Source: an uncultured Gammaproteobacteria bacterium (GTDB lineage: Bacteria > Patescibacteriota > Patescibacteriia > Magasanikbacterales > UBA922). From it: DNA of 64,000 bases. Below are positions 19,587 through 28,290 of the stretch, piece after piece. The stretch lies in NCBI GenBank assembly GCA_964418775.1, contig CAYQNA010000003.1:7307-71306 (forward strand). Reading direction: 5' to 3'. The notes under the pieces are model-generated. The model was not told the DNA's origin. It made no database searches and was given only the letters and a program-made list of their open reading frames with translations. A program made the position numbers and the translations under genes. Position 1 is the stretch's first letter. Each line of letters starts with the position of its first letter.

Positions 19587-20068
19587 ACTTTGCGCAACGA
19601 GTGTAAATTGGCGGCAATGGTAGCAGCCACGGCAATAAGGGCTAGGTTTTTAATAATATATTGCCCTTCCAAAGTTGGCACAAATGGACCAGTCCAAGCC
19701 AAGGCTGGCAAAACAATGAGCGGCAAAACCGTCGTCACCATATGAACCCCTAACATTGGCAGCACAATCCGCTCTTGTTTACGAACCAAAAATAAAATCC
19801 CGATTAAAACCTCGAACAAACCAAACCCAATTAAAAACTCATCAATGCCGTGAGCCGTATTGAACACACGCTCGTATAATGCGCGCACCAATGGTGAGGC
19901 TGGACTCAAGCCAAGCACTTTTAAAATCCCAAACCAAAAGAAAATCACAAACAGCGAAACACGACTGTAACTTTCGTGGTGGCGACGCACAAAATGAATA
20001 ATTTTGTCATCGGTTTTTTCAAGCTTATGATCCATAGAAGTTCGGTTAATTAAAATCAGTATACCCAT
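19583..20068 (-). CDS. DoxX-like small membrane protein
   Basis: 4 TM helices, size and hydropathy consistent with DoxX/DUF417; low confidence. Confidence 0.3.
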   Translation of the reverse strand: MGILILINRTSMDHKLEKTDDKIIHFVRRHHESYSRVSLFVIFFWFGILKVLGLSPASPLVRALYERVFNTAHGIDEFLIGFGLFEVLIGILFLVRKQERIVLPMLGVHMVTTVLPLIVLPALAWTGPFVPTLEGQYIIKNLALIAVAATIAANLHSLRKV

Positions 20069-20774
20069 TGGCCTCGATTGTGGCCACTAATTCGGGTCCA
20101 CCGTGCGCAATTAGTTTTCCGGCGCGCATAATGTGGACGTGGGTTGGTTTAATGTATTCCAGCAGCCGCGCGTAGTGGGTAATTAACAATACCCCATTGG
20201 TCGGTGCTTGAAACTGGGCGATCCCCTGCCCGACAATTTTGAGTGCGTCCACATCCAACCCCGAGTCTGTTTCGTCGAGTAGCGCATAGGTCGGTTGCAA
20301 CAACGCGAGTTGCAAAATCTCGGCTCGCTTTTTCTCGCCCCCCGAAAAGCCAGTGTTTAAAGACCGTTTAGCAAAGTTCTCGTCAATTCCTAATTTAGCC
20401 ATGGCCGCTTTTAATTCCTGATAAAAATCAAGGGGGTTGACCGAAACACCCCGCCGCGCAGATACAGCCAAGCGCAAAAAATTCGCAATTGTTACCCCTG
20501 CAATTTCGGGTGAATATTGTGGTGACAAAAATAATCCAGCCTTGGCGCGCTCTTCGGGTTTGGCTGCGGTAATATCAACTCCGTCGGCCGTAATTGTTCC
20601 GGCAGTAACGGTGTACTTGGGGTGACCAGCCAGCGTGTTTACGAGGGTGGATTTACCCGAACCATTTGGGCCCATAATCACGTGCACTTCGCCTTGGTTT
20701 ACCACCAAATCCAAACCATGCAAAATTTCTTTGCCCTCGGTGCTGACGGTTAAATTTTTAATTTCAAGTGACAT
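20046..20774 (-). CDS. sufC: Fe-S cluster assembly ATPase SufC
   Basis: LEIKNLTVS...GPNGSGKSTL, ABC signature; start at MSLEIKN. Confidence 0.85.
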   Translation of the reverse strand: MSLEIKNLTVSTEGKEILHGLDLVVNQGEVHVIMGPNGSGKSTLVNTLAGHPKYTVTAGTITADGVDITAAKPEERAKAGLFLSPQYSPEIAGVTIANFLRLAVSARRGVSVNPLDFYQELKAAMAKLGIDENFAKRSLNTGFSGGEKKRAEILQLALLQPTYALLDETDSGLDVDALKIVGQGIAQFQAPTNGVLLITHYARLLEYIKPTHVHIMRAGKLIAHGGPELVATIEANGYTDFN

Positions 20775-20775
20775 A

Positions 20776-21183
20776 TTATGTTTCGCTGCGGGAAATAATG
20801 GCTCGCCATTCGGTGGGTGTGACTGGTTGAACCGACAGGCGGCCATGCGTAACCAATTTCATGGTTTTGCATTCGCTCATACTCTTGGCTTCTTCCAAAC
20901 TAACCGGCCGCATTAATTTTTTGACTGGCGCAACATCGACACAGTGCCACACACCAGTATTATCGGTTGAATCCTGATGTGCCAGCGCAATCACTTTGGC
21001 AATCCCGACAATTTCTTTACCCTCCACACTGTGATAAATGAACACTTCGTCCCCGATTTGCATGGCTTTCATGTGGTTGCGCGCTGCGTAATTGCGCACA
21101 CCCGTCCATTCGGCGCGACCATCACGCACCAAATCGTCCCACGAAAAAGTTGTTGGTTCGGTTTTCATTAACCAGTAGTTCAT
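20776..21183 (-). CDS. EVE (PUA-like) domain protein
   Basis: NYWLMKTEP...FSWDDL...WTGVRNYAARN...GDEVFIYHS hallmark of EVE domain. Confidence 0.6.
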   Translation of the reverse strand: MNYWLMKTEPTTFSWDDLVRDGRAEWTGVRNYAARNHMKAMQIGDEVFIYHSVEGKEIVGIAKVIALAHQDSTDNTGVWHCVDVAPVKKLMRPVSLEEAKSMSECKTMKLVTHGRLSVQPVTPTEWRAIISRSET

Positions 21184-21551
21184 AGCAGGGATTTTTGCAA
21201 AACTCTTAGCCCCAGCGTAGCACATTTTAGGCGCGTGTGGCTAATTGGGATATTGAGGAGCTTCACGGCGTCATCACCACTCATGGCCAACACATCAGCG
21301 CGTGATTTCCCTTTTACATTTTCCGTCACGAGCGAAACCGCGGCCTGCGAAATTGCACAACCAACACCACTGTGTTTAATTTCCGCAATCGCATCACTGT
21401 CGATTCGCACCATCACGCGAATTTGGTCGCCACAACTTGGATTCACATCCTCGGCCTCGGCATCAGGCCCACTCAAAACACCCGCATTTAAAGGGTGGCG
21501 GTACAGGTCCAAAATATATTCTTGGTAAATTGGGTCAAAAGCCTCACTCAT
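21180..21551 (-). CDS. sufU: SufU/IscU-type Fe-S scaffold / sulfur acceptor
   Basis: NifU N-terminal-like with conserved Cys (PSCGD, GCAIS, HTRLKCA). Confidence 0.8.
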   Translation of the reverse strand: MSEAFDPIYQEYILDLYRHPLNAGVLSGPDAEAEDVNPSCGDQIRVMVRIDSDAIAEIKHSGVGCAISQAAVSLVTENVKGKSRADVLAMSGDDAVKLLNIPISHTRLKCATLGLRVLQKSLL

Positions 21552-22741
21552 ACTTTGAGGATTTGTTTGGCTTCTTGCAAAGCACTAACCAACGCATCAA
21601 TATCATTTTTGGTTGTGTACAATCCAAACGAAGCGCGCGTTGTGCCCACTAAACCGAGGTGTTTCATCAGTGGCATGGCACAATGGTGGCCAGCCCGAAC
21701 GGCAATATTACTGCGATTCAAAATCTCGGCCACATCGTGCGGATGTGCATCACCCAAGGTGAACGAAAAGACTGGAACGCGCTTGTCACCAAATGGTCCA
21801 ATAATTTTTACCACTGGATTCAATTTGGTCAGTACGTAATTAATCAGCTCAAAATTATGGGCAAAAATTGCGTCCCAACCAATACTCTCGATGAATGTAA
21901 TGGCTGCAGCCAGGCCAATCGCCTCGGCAATTGGTGGCGTACCAGCTTCAAACTTCTGTGGTGCATCGGCCCAGGTAGCGGCTTCGTACGTAACCTCACG
22001 AATCATCTCGCCCCCAAAATTCACTGGTTCTAATTCTGTCAGCAATTCACTTTTGCCATACAAGACCCCAATCCCAGTTGGACCATACACTTTGTGCCCA
22101 GAAAAAGCTAGAAAATCAACATCCCATTCGTTAACATGGATTTCTTTGTGCGCCACCAATTGCGCGGCATCCACGACTGTATACGCGCCAACTTTTTTGG
22201 CCAATCTGACCAATTCGTTTACGTTAACAATCGTACCTAACACATTTGACGCCGCACTGAACGCCACAATTTTTGTTTTCGAACCAATCATGGAATTAGC
22301 CGAATTCCAATCTAAATGGTAATCCGCGTCCAATTCAATAAACTTCAAAATTGCGCCCGTACGCTGAGCCACTTGTTGCCACGGAATTAAATTCGCATGA
22401 TGTTCAAAACGCGTCAGGACAATTTCATCGCTAGGCTGCAGTTTTTGTTCCAATAAACGCGCGGCTAAATTCAAACTGGCCGTAGTGCCACTGGTAAAAA
22501 TAATTTCTTCTGGTTTAGCTTTAATAAAATTAGCCACCGCTTTGCGTGAATCCTCATACATCATCGTGGCTCGTTCAGACAAATCATACAAACCACGGTG
22601 TACATTGGCCCCCACTGTCTGGTAATATTGATCCATGGCGCTAAGCACGACCTGGGGTTTAAGGGTAGTCGCCGCGCTATCAAAGTACGCTAAATCCGGC
22701 TGGTTAGCCAACAGTGGAAATTGGGCGCGGATTTGGTCCAT
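21548..22741 (-). CDS. sufS: Cysteine desulfurase SufS (class V aminotransferase)
   Basis: FSGHKVYGPTGIGVLYGK PLP-lysine region, C-terminal active Cys loop. Confidence 0.85.
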   Translation of the reverse strand: MDQIRAQFPLLANQPDLAYFDSAATTLKPQVVLSAMDQYYQTVGANVHRGLYDLSERATMMYEDSRKAVANFIKAKPEEIIFTSGTTASLNLAARLLEQKLQPSDEIVLTRFEHHANLIPWQQVAQRTGAILKFIELDADYHLDWNSANSMIGSKTKIVAFSAASNVLGTIVNVNELVRLAKKVGAYTVVDAAQLVAHKEIHVNEWDVDFLAFSGHKVYGPTGIGVLYGKSELLTELEPVNFGGEMIREVTYEAATWADAPQKFEAGTPPIAEAIGLAAAITFIESIGWDAIFAHNFELINYVLTKLNPVVKIIGPFGDKRVPVFSFTLGDAHPHDVAEILNRSNIAVRAGHHCAMPLMKHLGLVGTTRASFGLYTTKNDIDALVSALQEAKQILKV

Positions 22742-22796
22742 ATTTACGCTATATTAAGCCTTATTCTCCCATATTTTAGGGAAAAAGTAAAGCCCT

Positions 22797-23324
22797 ATGC
22801 CTACTGTCGTTATTAGTTCCAAAAACCCAGTAAAAGTTAATGCCACCAAGCAGGCCTTTGCCCTTGTGTTTCCTGATCAAACCTTTGACTTTGTAGAGAT
22901 TTCGGCAGAATCAGGCGTTTCCAACCAGCCGCTTAGCAATCAGGAGACTCAAGCAGGGGCCACGAATCGGGTGAATAATGTCGCAGCCGCACATCCTGGA
23001 GCTGATTTTTATGTGGGCATTGAGGGCGGTGTGGAGCAAGTTGGTCCAGACATGCACTCATTTGCCTGGGTCATAATTAAAGGACAAAATAAAAATGGAC
23101 AGGCACGTACTGGAACTTTTTTCTTGCCAGCTAAAGTGGCTGAACTCATCCACCAAGGCGTAGAGCTAGGCGCAGCCGATGACATTGTATTTGCAAAAAA
23201 CAATTCTAAACAACAAAATGGTGCGGTGGGAATTTTAACTGGTGATGTAATCGACCGCACCAAATATTATTTGGACGCGGTGGTGTTAGCACTTATCCCC
23301 TTCCGGAATCCGGATTTGTATTAA
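22797..23324 (+). CDS. Inosine/xanthosine triphosphatase (YjjX family non-canonical NTP pyrophosphatase)
   Basis: Collinear with E. coli YjjX: SSKNPVK, ESGVSNQP..ETQAGA.NR, DFYVGIEGG, ILALIPF. Confidence 0.7.
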   Translation: MPTVVISSKNPVKVNATKQAFALVFPDQTFDFVEISAESGVSNQPLSNQETQAGATNRVNNVAAAHPGADFYVGIEGGVEQVGPDMHSFAWVIIKGQNKNGQARTGTFFLPAKVAELIHQGVELGAADDIVFAKNNSKQQNGAVGILTGDVIDRTKYYLDAVVLALIPFRNPDLY

Positions 23325-23341
23325 TTTCCAGATAAAATTTT

Positions 23342-23650
23342 ATGAATCTACTTAGATGGGACATATACGAAATCACTACAATCTCGACCCCAATTACCGG
23401 AGTTATGCTCAGGGGTAAAATTAGAAAACTTTGCCTAGAAAACAACAAAAATGTTTTGGTTGAGAACGCTGAAGATCTTAAAGATGTGGTTAGATTTGCT
23501 GTCGTTGAGGGTGAAGAAATTTCGATAATAAATAATTACCTAAAAAAAATTGTTCCCGATCTTAATATAACAAAGGTACGAGAATCTGTTCCTAATCCGG
23601 TATTATCTAAATTAAAAATTAATTTAGAAGATAGATATATCTTACACTAA
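23342..23650 (+). CDS. Hypothetical small protein, possibly acylphosphatase-like fold; markedly AT-rich relative to neighbours
   Basis: ITGVMLRGKIRK..VLVEN..VVRFAVVEG loosely resembles acylphosphatase motifs; compositional outlier. Confidence 0.25.
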   Translation: MNLLRWDIYEITTISTPITGVMLRGKIRKLCLENNKNVLVENAEDLKDVVRFAVVEGEEISIINNYLKKIVPDLNITKVRESVPNPVLSKLKINLEDRYILH

Positions 23651-23658
23651 ATCATACG

Positions 23659-23676
23659 ATATATAAATTTATATAT
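23659..23676. repeat. Perfect 18-bp palindrome ATATATAAATTTATATAT between convergent genes
   Basis: Seen directly; likely bidirectional terminator/AT hairpin. Confidence 0.5.
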
Positions 23677-23690
23677 GTCAGAGGTAAAGA

Positions 23691-24368
23691 CTAAAAAGAT
23701 ACCAATTTCAAATCCAAGTCTGTTTGCACTTCTTCTGGAATCTGCTCCAAAATACTGTTGATATGCGCCTCAATTAAAAGTTGTCGGCTCGTAGTTTCAT
23801 CCAATCCCCGGCTCGCTAAGTAAAATAATTTTTCCTTGTTCAGACGTGTAGTCGTGACGGCGTGTTTACACTGCACATCATTATTACCAATTTCTAATTC
23901 TGGTACGGCAATTACCCGCGCATTGTCGGAAAGTAAAATGGTGTCTGACCGTTCATCACCAGAACAGCCCGGTTGATTTGGTAGTATTTCAATGCGACTA
24001 ATTTGGTGCGCAAAACTTGAACCGCTCAAAATTCCTTTTGATTCCAATCGTGATGTTGTTCGTGGGGCCACGTGAATTACCTTATGGGAAATCCTTAGAC
24101 TATCATTCCCCTGTCCGGCAAATAAGCCAAGTAATTTTACTTCTGCACCCTCGCCCACCAATTCCACCAACACATCGGTTTTGCGTTCAGTGCCCCCATT
24201 ACCAATTTGCAAATCAATCACGGTCAATTTCGCATTCGCCCCAACCCTAAAGACACGCGTAAAAACACCGTTTTCACTGGGTTGCAACACCTGTACGCTT
24301 ACCTGACCAGATTGTAACGTAAATAATTCCATATAATTATCCCACTGACCCCTCCATTTCCAGCTCAA
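23691..24368 (-). CDS. sufD: SufD-like Fe-S assembly protein (short form)
   Basis: Beta-helix repeat pattern and position between sufB and rest of suf genes; overlaps sufB by 32 nt. Confidence 0.55.
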   Translation of the reverse strand: MSWKWRGQWDNYMELFTLQSGQVSVQVLQPSENGVFTRVFRVGANAKLTVIDLQIGNGGTERKTDVLVELVGEGAEVKLLGLFAGQGNDSLRISHKVIHVAPRTTSRLESKGILSGSSFAHQISRIEILPNQPGCSGDERSDTILLSDNARVIAVPELEIGNNDVQCKHAVTTTRLNKEKLFYLASRGLDETTSRQLLIEAHINSILEQIPEEVQTDLDLKLVSF

Positions 24369-25743
24369 TTAATTTATTGAGTTCAATAGCATATTCGAGT
24401 GGCAAGGCTTTGACAATTGGTTCAATAAAGCCGGCGACAACGAGTTGGCGGGCCTGATCCTCGGACAAACCACGGGAACGCAAATAGAAAATTTCGTCAT
24501 CGCCAATTTTTCCCACTGTGGCCTCGTGCGCCATATCTACATCGGCCTGGTCGATTTTCATGGTTGGATAGGTGTTGGAAACTGATGCATCGTCAATGAG
24601 GAGCGCGTCACAATTTACGGCCACGCTTGAATTGGCGGCCTTTGGGGTCACGCGCACGAGCCCACGATACGTGGAAATTCCACCCCCAACCGAAATTGAT
24701 TTGGCTTTGATGGTTGATTTGGTGTCTGGGGCCACGTGAATTGCTTTGGCGCCCGTGTCCTGATTTTGTCCCGGACCGGCAAACGCCACCCCAAGACTGT
24801 CTGAACGCGCTCCGCGACCGCGCAAAATTGAACATGGGTACAGCATGGTCACGCCACTGCCCATGTTGCCATTAATCCACTCAATCACCCCATTTTCATC
24901 AACGAGCGCGCGTTTGGTATTCAGGTTGTACGTATTTTTGGACCAGTTTTCAATGGAATAATATCTGGCGCGTGCGTTTTTATGGACAAAAATTTCCACA
25001 CAGCCGGCGTGGAGCGAACTCGTAGTGTAGCGCGGCGCACTACAGCCTTCGATATATTGGACCTCGGCACCCTCATCCACAATAATCAGGGTATGTTCAA
25101 ACTGGCCGCCACTTTTGGCATTCATACGGAAATAGGCTTGCAACGGCAAATCAACTTTTACGCCCTTGGGCACATAAATAAAGGTTCCACCGCTCCACAC
25201 CGCCGCGTGCAGCATCACAAACTTGTGGTCATTAATTGGTACGCATTGAGTCATGAAATACTTTTGCACGAGCTCTGGATATTCGTGCACGGCCGTATCC
25301 ATGTTTTCAAAAATCACACCTTGTTCGCGCAGTTGTTGCTGAATATTGTGATACACCACGTCACTATCATACTGTGCACCCACGCCAGCCAGAACGTTTT
25401 TTTCGGCCTCGGGAATACCAAGACGATCGAAAGTCTGTTTAATTTCGGCCGGGACATCGTCCCAACTTTTGGCTTCGTTAGTATCGGGGCGCACAAAATA
25501 AATAATTTCGTTGAGTTTAAGACCAGACAAATCCGGCCCCCAACTTGGCATTGGCGCTTGTTCAAATAATTCAAATGCTTGCAGACGCTTTGCCAACATC
25601 CACTCGGGTTCGTTTTTTTGTTTGGAAATTTCAATCACGACCTCGCGCGTTAAGCCAGGTTTGGATTTGTATTTTGACCGTTCTTCGTTCGCATCGTCGT
25701 AAAGCGCGCGGTCTAGATAAATTGTTGGCTTTTGCAGGGCCAT
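24337..25743 (-). CDS. sufB: Fe-S cluster assembly protein SufB
   Basis: SufB core motifs (RGARSDSLGVAFAGPGQ...); start set at MALQKPTIYLD (25743) matching canonical SufB N-terminus. Confidence 0.85.
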   Translation of the reverse strand: MALQKPTIYLDRALYDDANEERSKYKSKPGLTREVVIEISKQKNEPEWMLAKRLQAFELFEQAPMPSWGPDLSGLKLNEIIYFVRPDTNEAKSWDDVPAEIKQTFDRLGIPEAEKNVLAGVGAQYDSDVVYHNIQQQLREQGVIFENMDTAVHEYPELVQKYFMTQCVPINDHKFVMLHAAVWSGGTFIYVPKGVKVDLPLQAYFRMNAKSGGQFEHTLIIVDEGAEVQYIEGCSAPRYTTSSLHAGCVEIFVHKNARARYYSIENWSKNTYNLNTKRALVDENGVIEWINGNMGSGVTMLYPCSILRGRGARSDSLGVAFAGPGQNQDTGAKAIHVAPDTKSTIKAKSISVGGGISTYRGLVRVTPKAANSSVAVNCDALLIDDASVSNTYPTMKIDQADVDMAHEATVGKIGDDEIFYLRSRGLSEDQARQLVVAGFIEPIVKALPLEYAIELNKLIELEMEGSVG

Positions 25744-25744
25744 A

Positions 25745-25773
25745 TTGACAAAATGATGATTTTTGGCTATACT
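25745..25773 (+). promoter_or_regulatory. Consensus sigma-70 promoter TTGACA-17-TATACT reading into GC-rich island
   Basis: Perfect -35, 17-nt spacer, TATACT -10, located 2 nt after sufB start codon on the opposite strand. Confidence 0.55.
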
Positions 25774-25795
25774 CCGCAGTTCGTTGCCTGAAAGG

Positions 25796-25954
25796 ATGTC
25801 TATGCCGAACACTGCGTACATGGGGGCGCCACCCCTTCCCAACTGGGTGAACACCGTAGTGGGACTCATCACGAGCCCGCTACAGACCGCCCACTACCTC
25901 CTCCAAGATCTGTGGGCATGGATCACCAACCTATTTTCCGGAGGTGAACCCTAG
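25796..25954 (+). CDS. Possible small ORF (52 aa, amphipathic) at start of GC-rich island
   Basis: AAAGGA then ATG; GC-rich codons; followed by structured repeat copy 1. Confidence 0.25.
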   Translation: MSMPNTAYMGAPPLPNWVNTVVGLITSPLQTAHYLLQDLWAWITNLFSGGEP

Positions 25955-26001
25955 AGAAAAGCAGTGTCTGGTGGAGATCAACTAAGGGCGACGAACAACC
26001 G

Positions 26002-26068
26002 AACCACCCGACACTGCGTCTCTGCAGAAATATTTCTGACGAGGCGTGGAGGCGGGTGGTTTTGGTTT
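26002..26068 (+). repeat. Structured 66-nt repeat, copy 1 (long imperfect hairpin CCACCCG...CGGGTGG followed by TTTTGGTTT; terminator-like)
   Basis: Direct repeat of 26935-27001; inner palindrome CAGAAATATTTCTG. Confidence 0.6.
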
Positions 26069-26118
26069 ATTTGACAGCCGTGGATTTCTTGGAGAGAATC
26101 TGTGTCACAGGAGGCGTC

Positions 26119-26343
26119 ATGTTCTTTTACAAGCAACTCGAGCTAGTCGGTCCCAAGCACCACGAACTCATTCTCGGGGCCTTTAAGGAAAGGCCTCCGC
26201 TACCACTGTTCCAAACCGCCATCGTCATCAAACCAGAATATGTCGGCGCTCTGTGCTCGGTCTGCCAAAACTCGGCCGTGGACCGGAACCCCGAAGGCTT
26301 GCGCTGCCCCAAGTGCGGAGCCGAGTGGCCTAACCCGCCTTGA
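26119..26343 (+). CDS. Small Cys4 zinc-ribbon protein (74 aa)
   Basis: AGGAGG 5 nt before ATG; CSVCQ-x13-CPKCG; GC-rich. Confidence 0.45.
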   Translation: MFFYKQLELVGPKHHELILGAFKERPPLPLFQTAIVIKPEYVGALCSVCQNSAVDRNPEGLRCPKCGAEWPNPP

Positions 26344-26397
26344 CAAAAGGCCGGTTTTCCGCTTTACTTGGGCCAGTTTTCCACCACAAAGGGTCTA

Positions 26398-26649
26398 ATG
26401 GCACGAGTTCGAGCATTCGCCGCACTTGCCCTGATTCTTAACCAGCGACGGGTGGAGAAGCCCGCAACCAAGGAACCAAACCGGTATTTCCCACCCAAAG
26501 GTGAGCTGTTCCAGGCCTGCAGTCAGTGCCCAGGGACAACCGACCTTTACCTCGAGACACAAAACGGCCAGGAAATCGTCATCTGCGGGGATTGCGGCGG
26601 CAGGGTGCTGCTACTAACCGCCGATGACGGTGTTAACTGGGTGACCTGA
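26398..26649 (+). CDS. Small Cys4 zinc-ribbon protein (83 aa)
   Basis: CSQCPG-x20-CGDCGG; hydrophobic N-terminus; GC-rich. Confidence 0.4.
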   Translation: MARVRAFAALALILNQRRVEKPATKEPNRYFPPKGELFQACSQCPGTTDLYLETQNGQEIVICGDCGGRVLLLTADDGVNWVT

Positions 26650-26656
26650 GGAGATC

Positions 26657-26887
26657 ATGAACACGCAAGATCTGATCGACTGGCTTCCGTTCCCCCTTAA
26701 CGTAGCCCTGTTCGGGGCCGAGTTGATCGCAGGCGGCGTCCTGCTGACCGGTATGGTCTTCGGCGCCAGCCTGGCGCTGCAGGGAACTGCCTTGACCGAC
26801 GAGGTCAAGGAGGTTCTGAAGGCGATCGGTGCTTTTTTCCAGTGGCTCTTTGAACTGCCCGGCACGGGCGAGGAGGTGAACGCCTGA
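26657..26887 (+). CDS. Small single-TM membrane peptide (76 aa)
   Basis: GAGGAG 5 nt before ATG; TM helix LNVALFGAELIAGGVLLTGMVFGASLAL; acidic C-terminus. Confidence 0.45.
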   Translation: MNTQDLIDWLPFPLNVALFGAELIAGGVLLTGMVFGASLALQGTALTDEVKEVLKAIGAFFQWLFELPGTGEEVNA

Positions 26888-26934
26888 TGGGCCGCAGTGT
26901 TGGGTACAAACCCCACGATCCGGCCCCCACCCAC

Positions 26935-27001
26935 AACCACCCGACACTGCGTCTGTTGAGAAACATTCTCACCAGGCGTGGAGGCGGGTGGTTTTGGTTT
27001 T
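26935..27001 (+). repeat. Structured 66-nt repeat, copy 2 (same outer stem and T-tail as copy 1, inner stem GAGAAACATTCTC with compensatory changes)
   Basis: Direct repeat of 26002-26068 with covarying inner-stem bases; abuts stop of convergent nifS-like gene. Confidence 0.6.
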
Positions 27002-28229
27002 AGGGGTTACCGGCTTGCATGACGCGTACGCCCGCAACAATGCCAGGCAAATATTTGAGGACATAATCCAGGTCCTCTTTTTTTGTCTCGCGACCAATCG
27101 TAAACCGCACACTGGATTTGGAGTCATCGAATTTTAATCCACAGGCCGTGAGCACATGCGACGCATCGTCACTATCAGTTGCACAGGCCGAACCTGTGGC
27201 CGCGATAATTCCATACGCATCCAAATACAATACTAATGTCTCGCCTTCGAGTCCGACAAAACGAACATTCAAATTATTGGCAAGGCGCTGTTCAGTTAAT
27301 TCAGGTCCATTCAAAAATGCATTGGGAATTTTTTTGCTGATTTGTTGCCACAAATAATTACGCAATTTAGTTTGACGTGCATTTTCTTTCTCGGCATTCT
27401 TTTGGACTAATTCGAGCGCACTCGCAAACCCAATAATTCCAGACACATTCTCGGTACCACTGCGAAGTTTATTTTCCTGTCCACCGCCAAGCATAATTGG
27501 TGCAATTGGCGTGCCACGACGAACAAACAAGGCGCCTACGCCTTTGGGCCCATAAATCTTGCTCGAATTAATCGTCATGAGGTCGACATGCAAACGCTCC
27601 ACCTGCAAATCAAGCGCACCCGCGGCCTGGCACGCATCAGTGTGAAAATATGGATATTGCGTTTTGTGCTGCTTACGATATTTCAAAAGTTCGCGACCCA
27701 ATTCGGCAATTGGATTAATCGTCCCAATTTCATTGTTCGCATACATAATCGAAATCAAGCGTGTTTCGGGGCGGATTGCGTTCATTATTTCTTTCACATT
27801 AATTTCTCCGCGTTCATTCATCGGCACATACGTTACTTCCACTCCCCACTTCTCCAATTCACGTAATGGCTCGAGCACCGAGTGGTGTTCGATTGCCGTG
27901 GTAATAACATGGATCTTCTCGGGTGAATTATTTTTCAAAGCTTTAACAACACCGGTAAGCGCTAAATTATTCGCTTCTGTTCCACCACTCGTAAACGTAA
28001 TACAATCTGGATGTGTAAACAAAATTTCCGCCACACGCGCACGCGCTTGTTCAACAGCCTCGTGATTCGCGCGCCCGAGTGAATACAACGCCGATGGATT
28101 CGCAAAACGCTTGGTCCAAAATGGCGCCATAGCTTTGACCACACGCGGATCAGTCGGGGTTGTCGCCGCATGGTCCAAGTAGACCACGCGCTTCTTGATT
28201 GGTTTCGGTGGAAACTTCATAATTGCCAA
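27000..28229 (-). CDS. Cysteine desulfurase, NifS/IscS family
   Basis: VYLDHAATTP, SSKIYGPKGVGALFV PLP-lysine region, class V aminotransferase. Confidence 0.85.
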   Translation of the reverse strand: MAIMKFPPKPIKKRVVYLDHAATTPTDPRVVKAMAPFWTKRFANPSALYSLGRANHEAVEQARARVAEILFTHPDCITFTSGGTEANNLALTGVVKALKNNSPEKIHVITTAIEHHSVLEPLRELEKWGVEVTYVPMNERGEINVKEIMNAIRPETRLISIMYANNEIGTINPIAELGRELLKYRKQHKTQYPYFHTDACQAAGALDLQVERLHVDLMTINSSKIYGPKGVGALFVRRGTPIAPIMLGGGQENKLRSGTENVSGIIGFASALELVQKNAEKENARQTKLRNYLWQQISKKIPNAFLNGPELTEQRLANNLNVRFVGLEGETLVLYLDAYGIIAATGSACATDSDDASHVLTACGLKFDDSKSSVRFTIGRETKKEDLDYVLKYLPGIVAGVRVMQAGNP

Positions 28230-28290
28230 AGCCCGTTAAATATGCTAGGCTTGAACCACAATTTTAAGCCAAATTTAGCCAAAAGTCAAT

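Noticed and set aside
25763-25954. TTG-initiated 63-aa version of the first island ORF overlapping the sufB 5' end
   Set aside because: The TTG start lies inside the -10 of the mapped promoter and overlaps sufB. The shorter ATG-initiated form downstream of AAAGGA is more plausible, though still low confidence.
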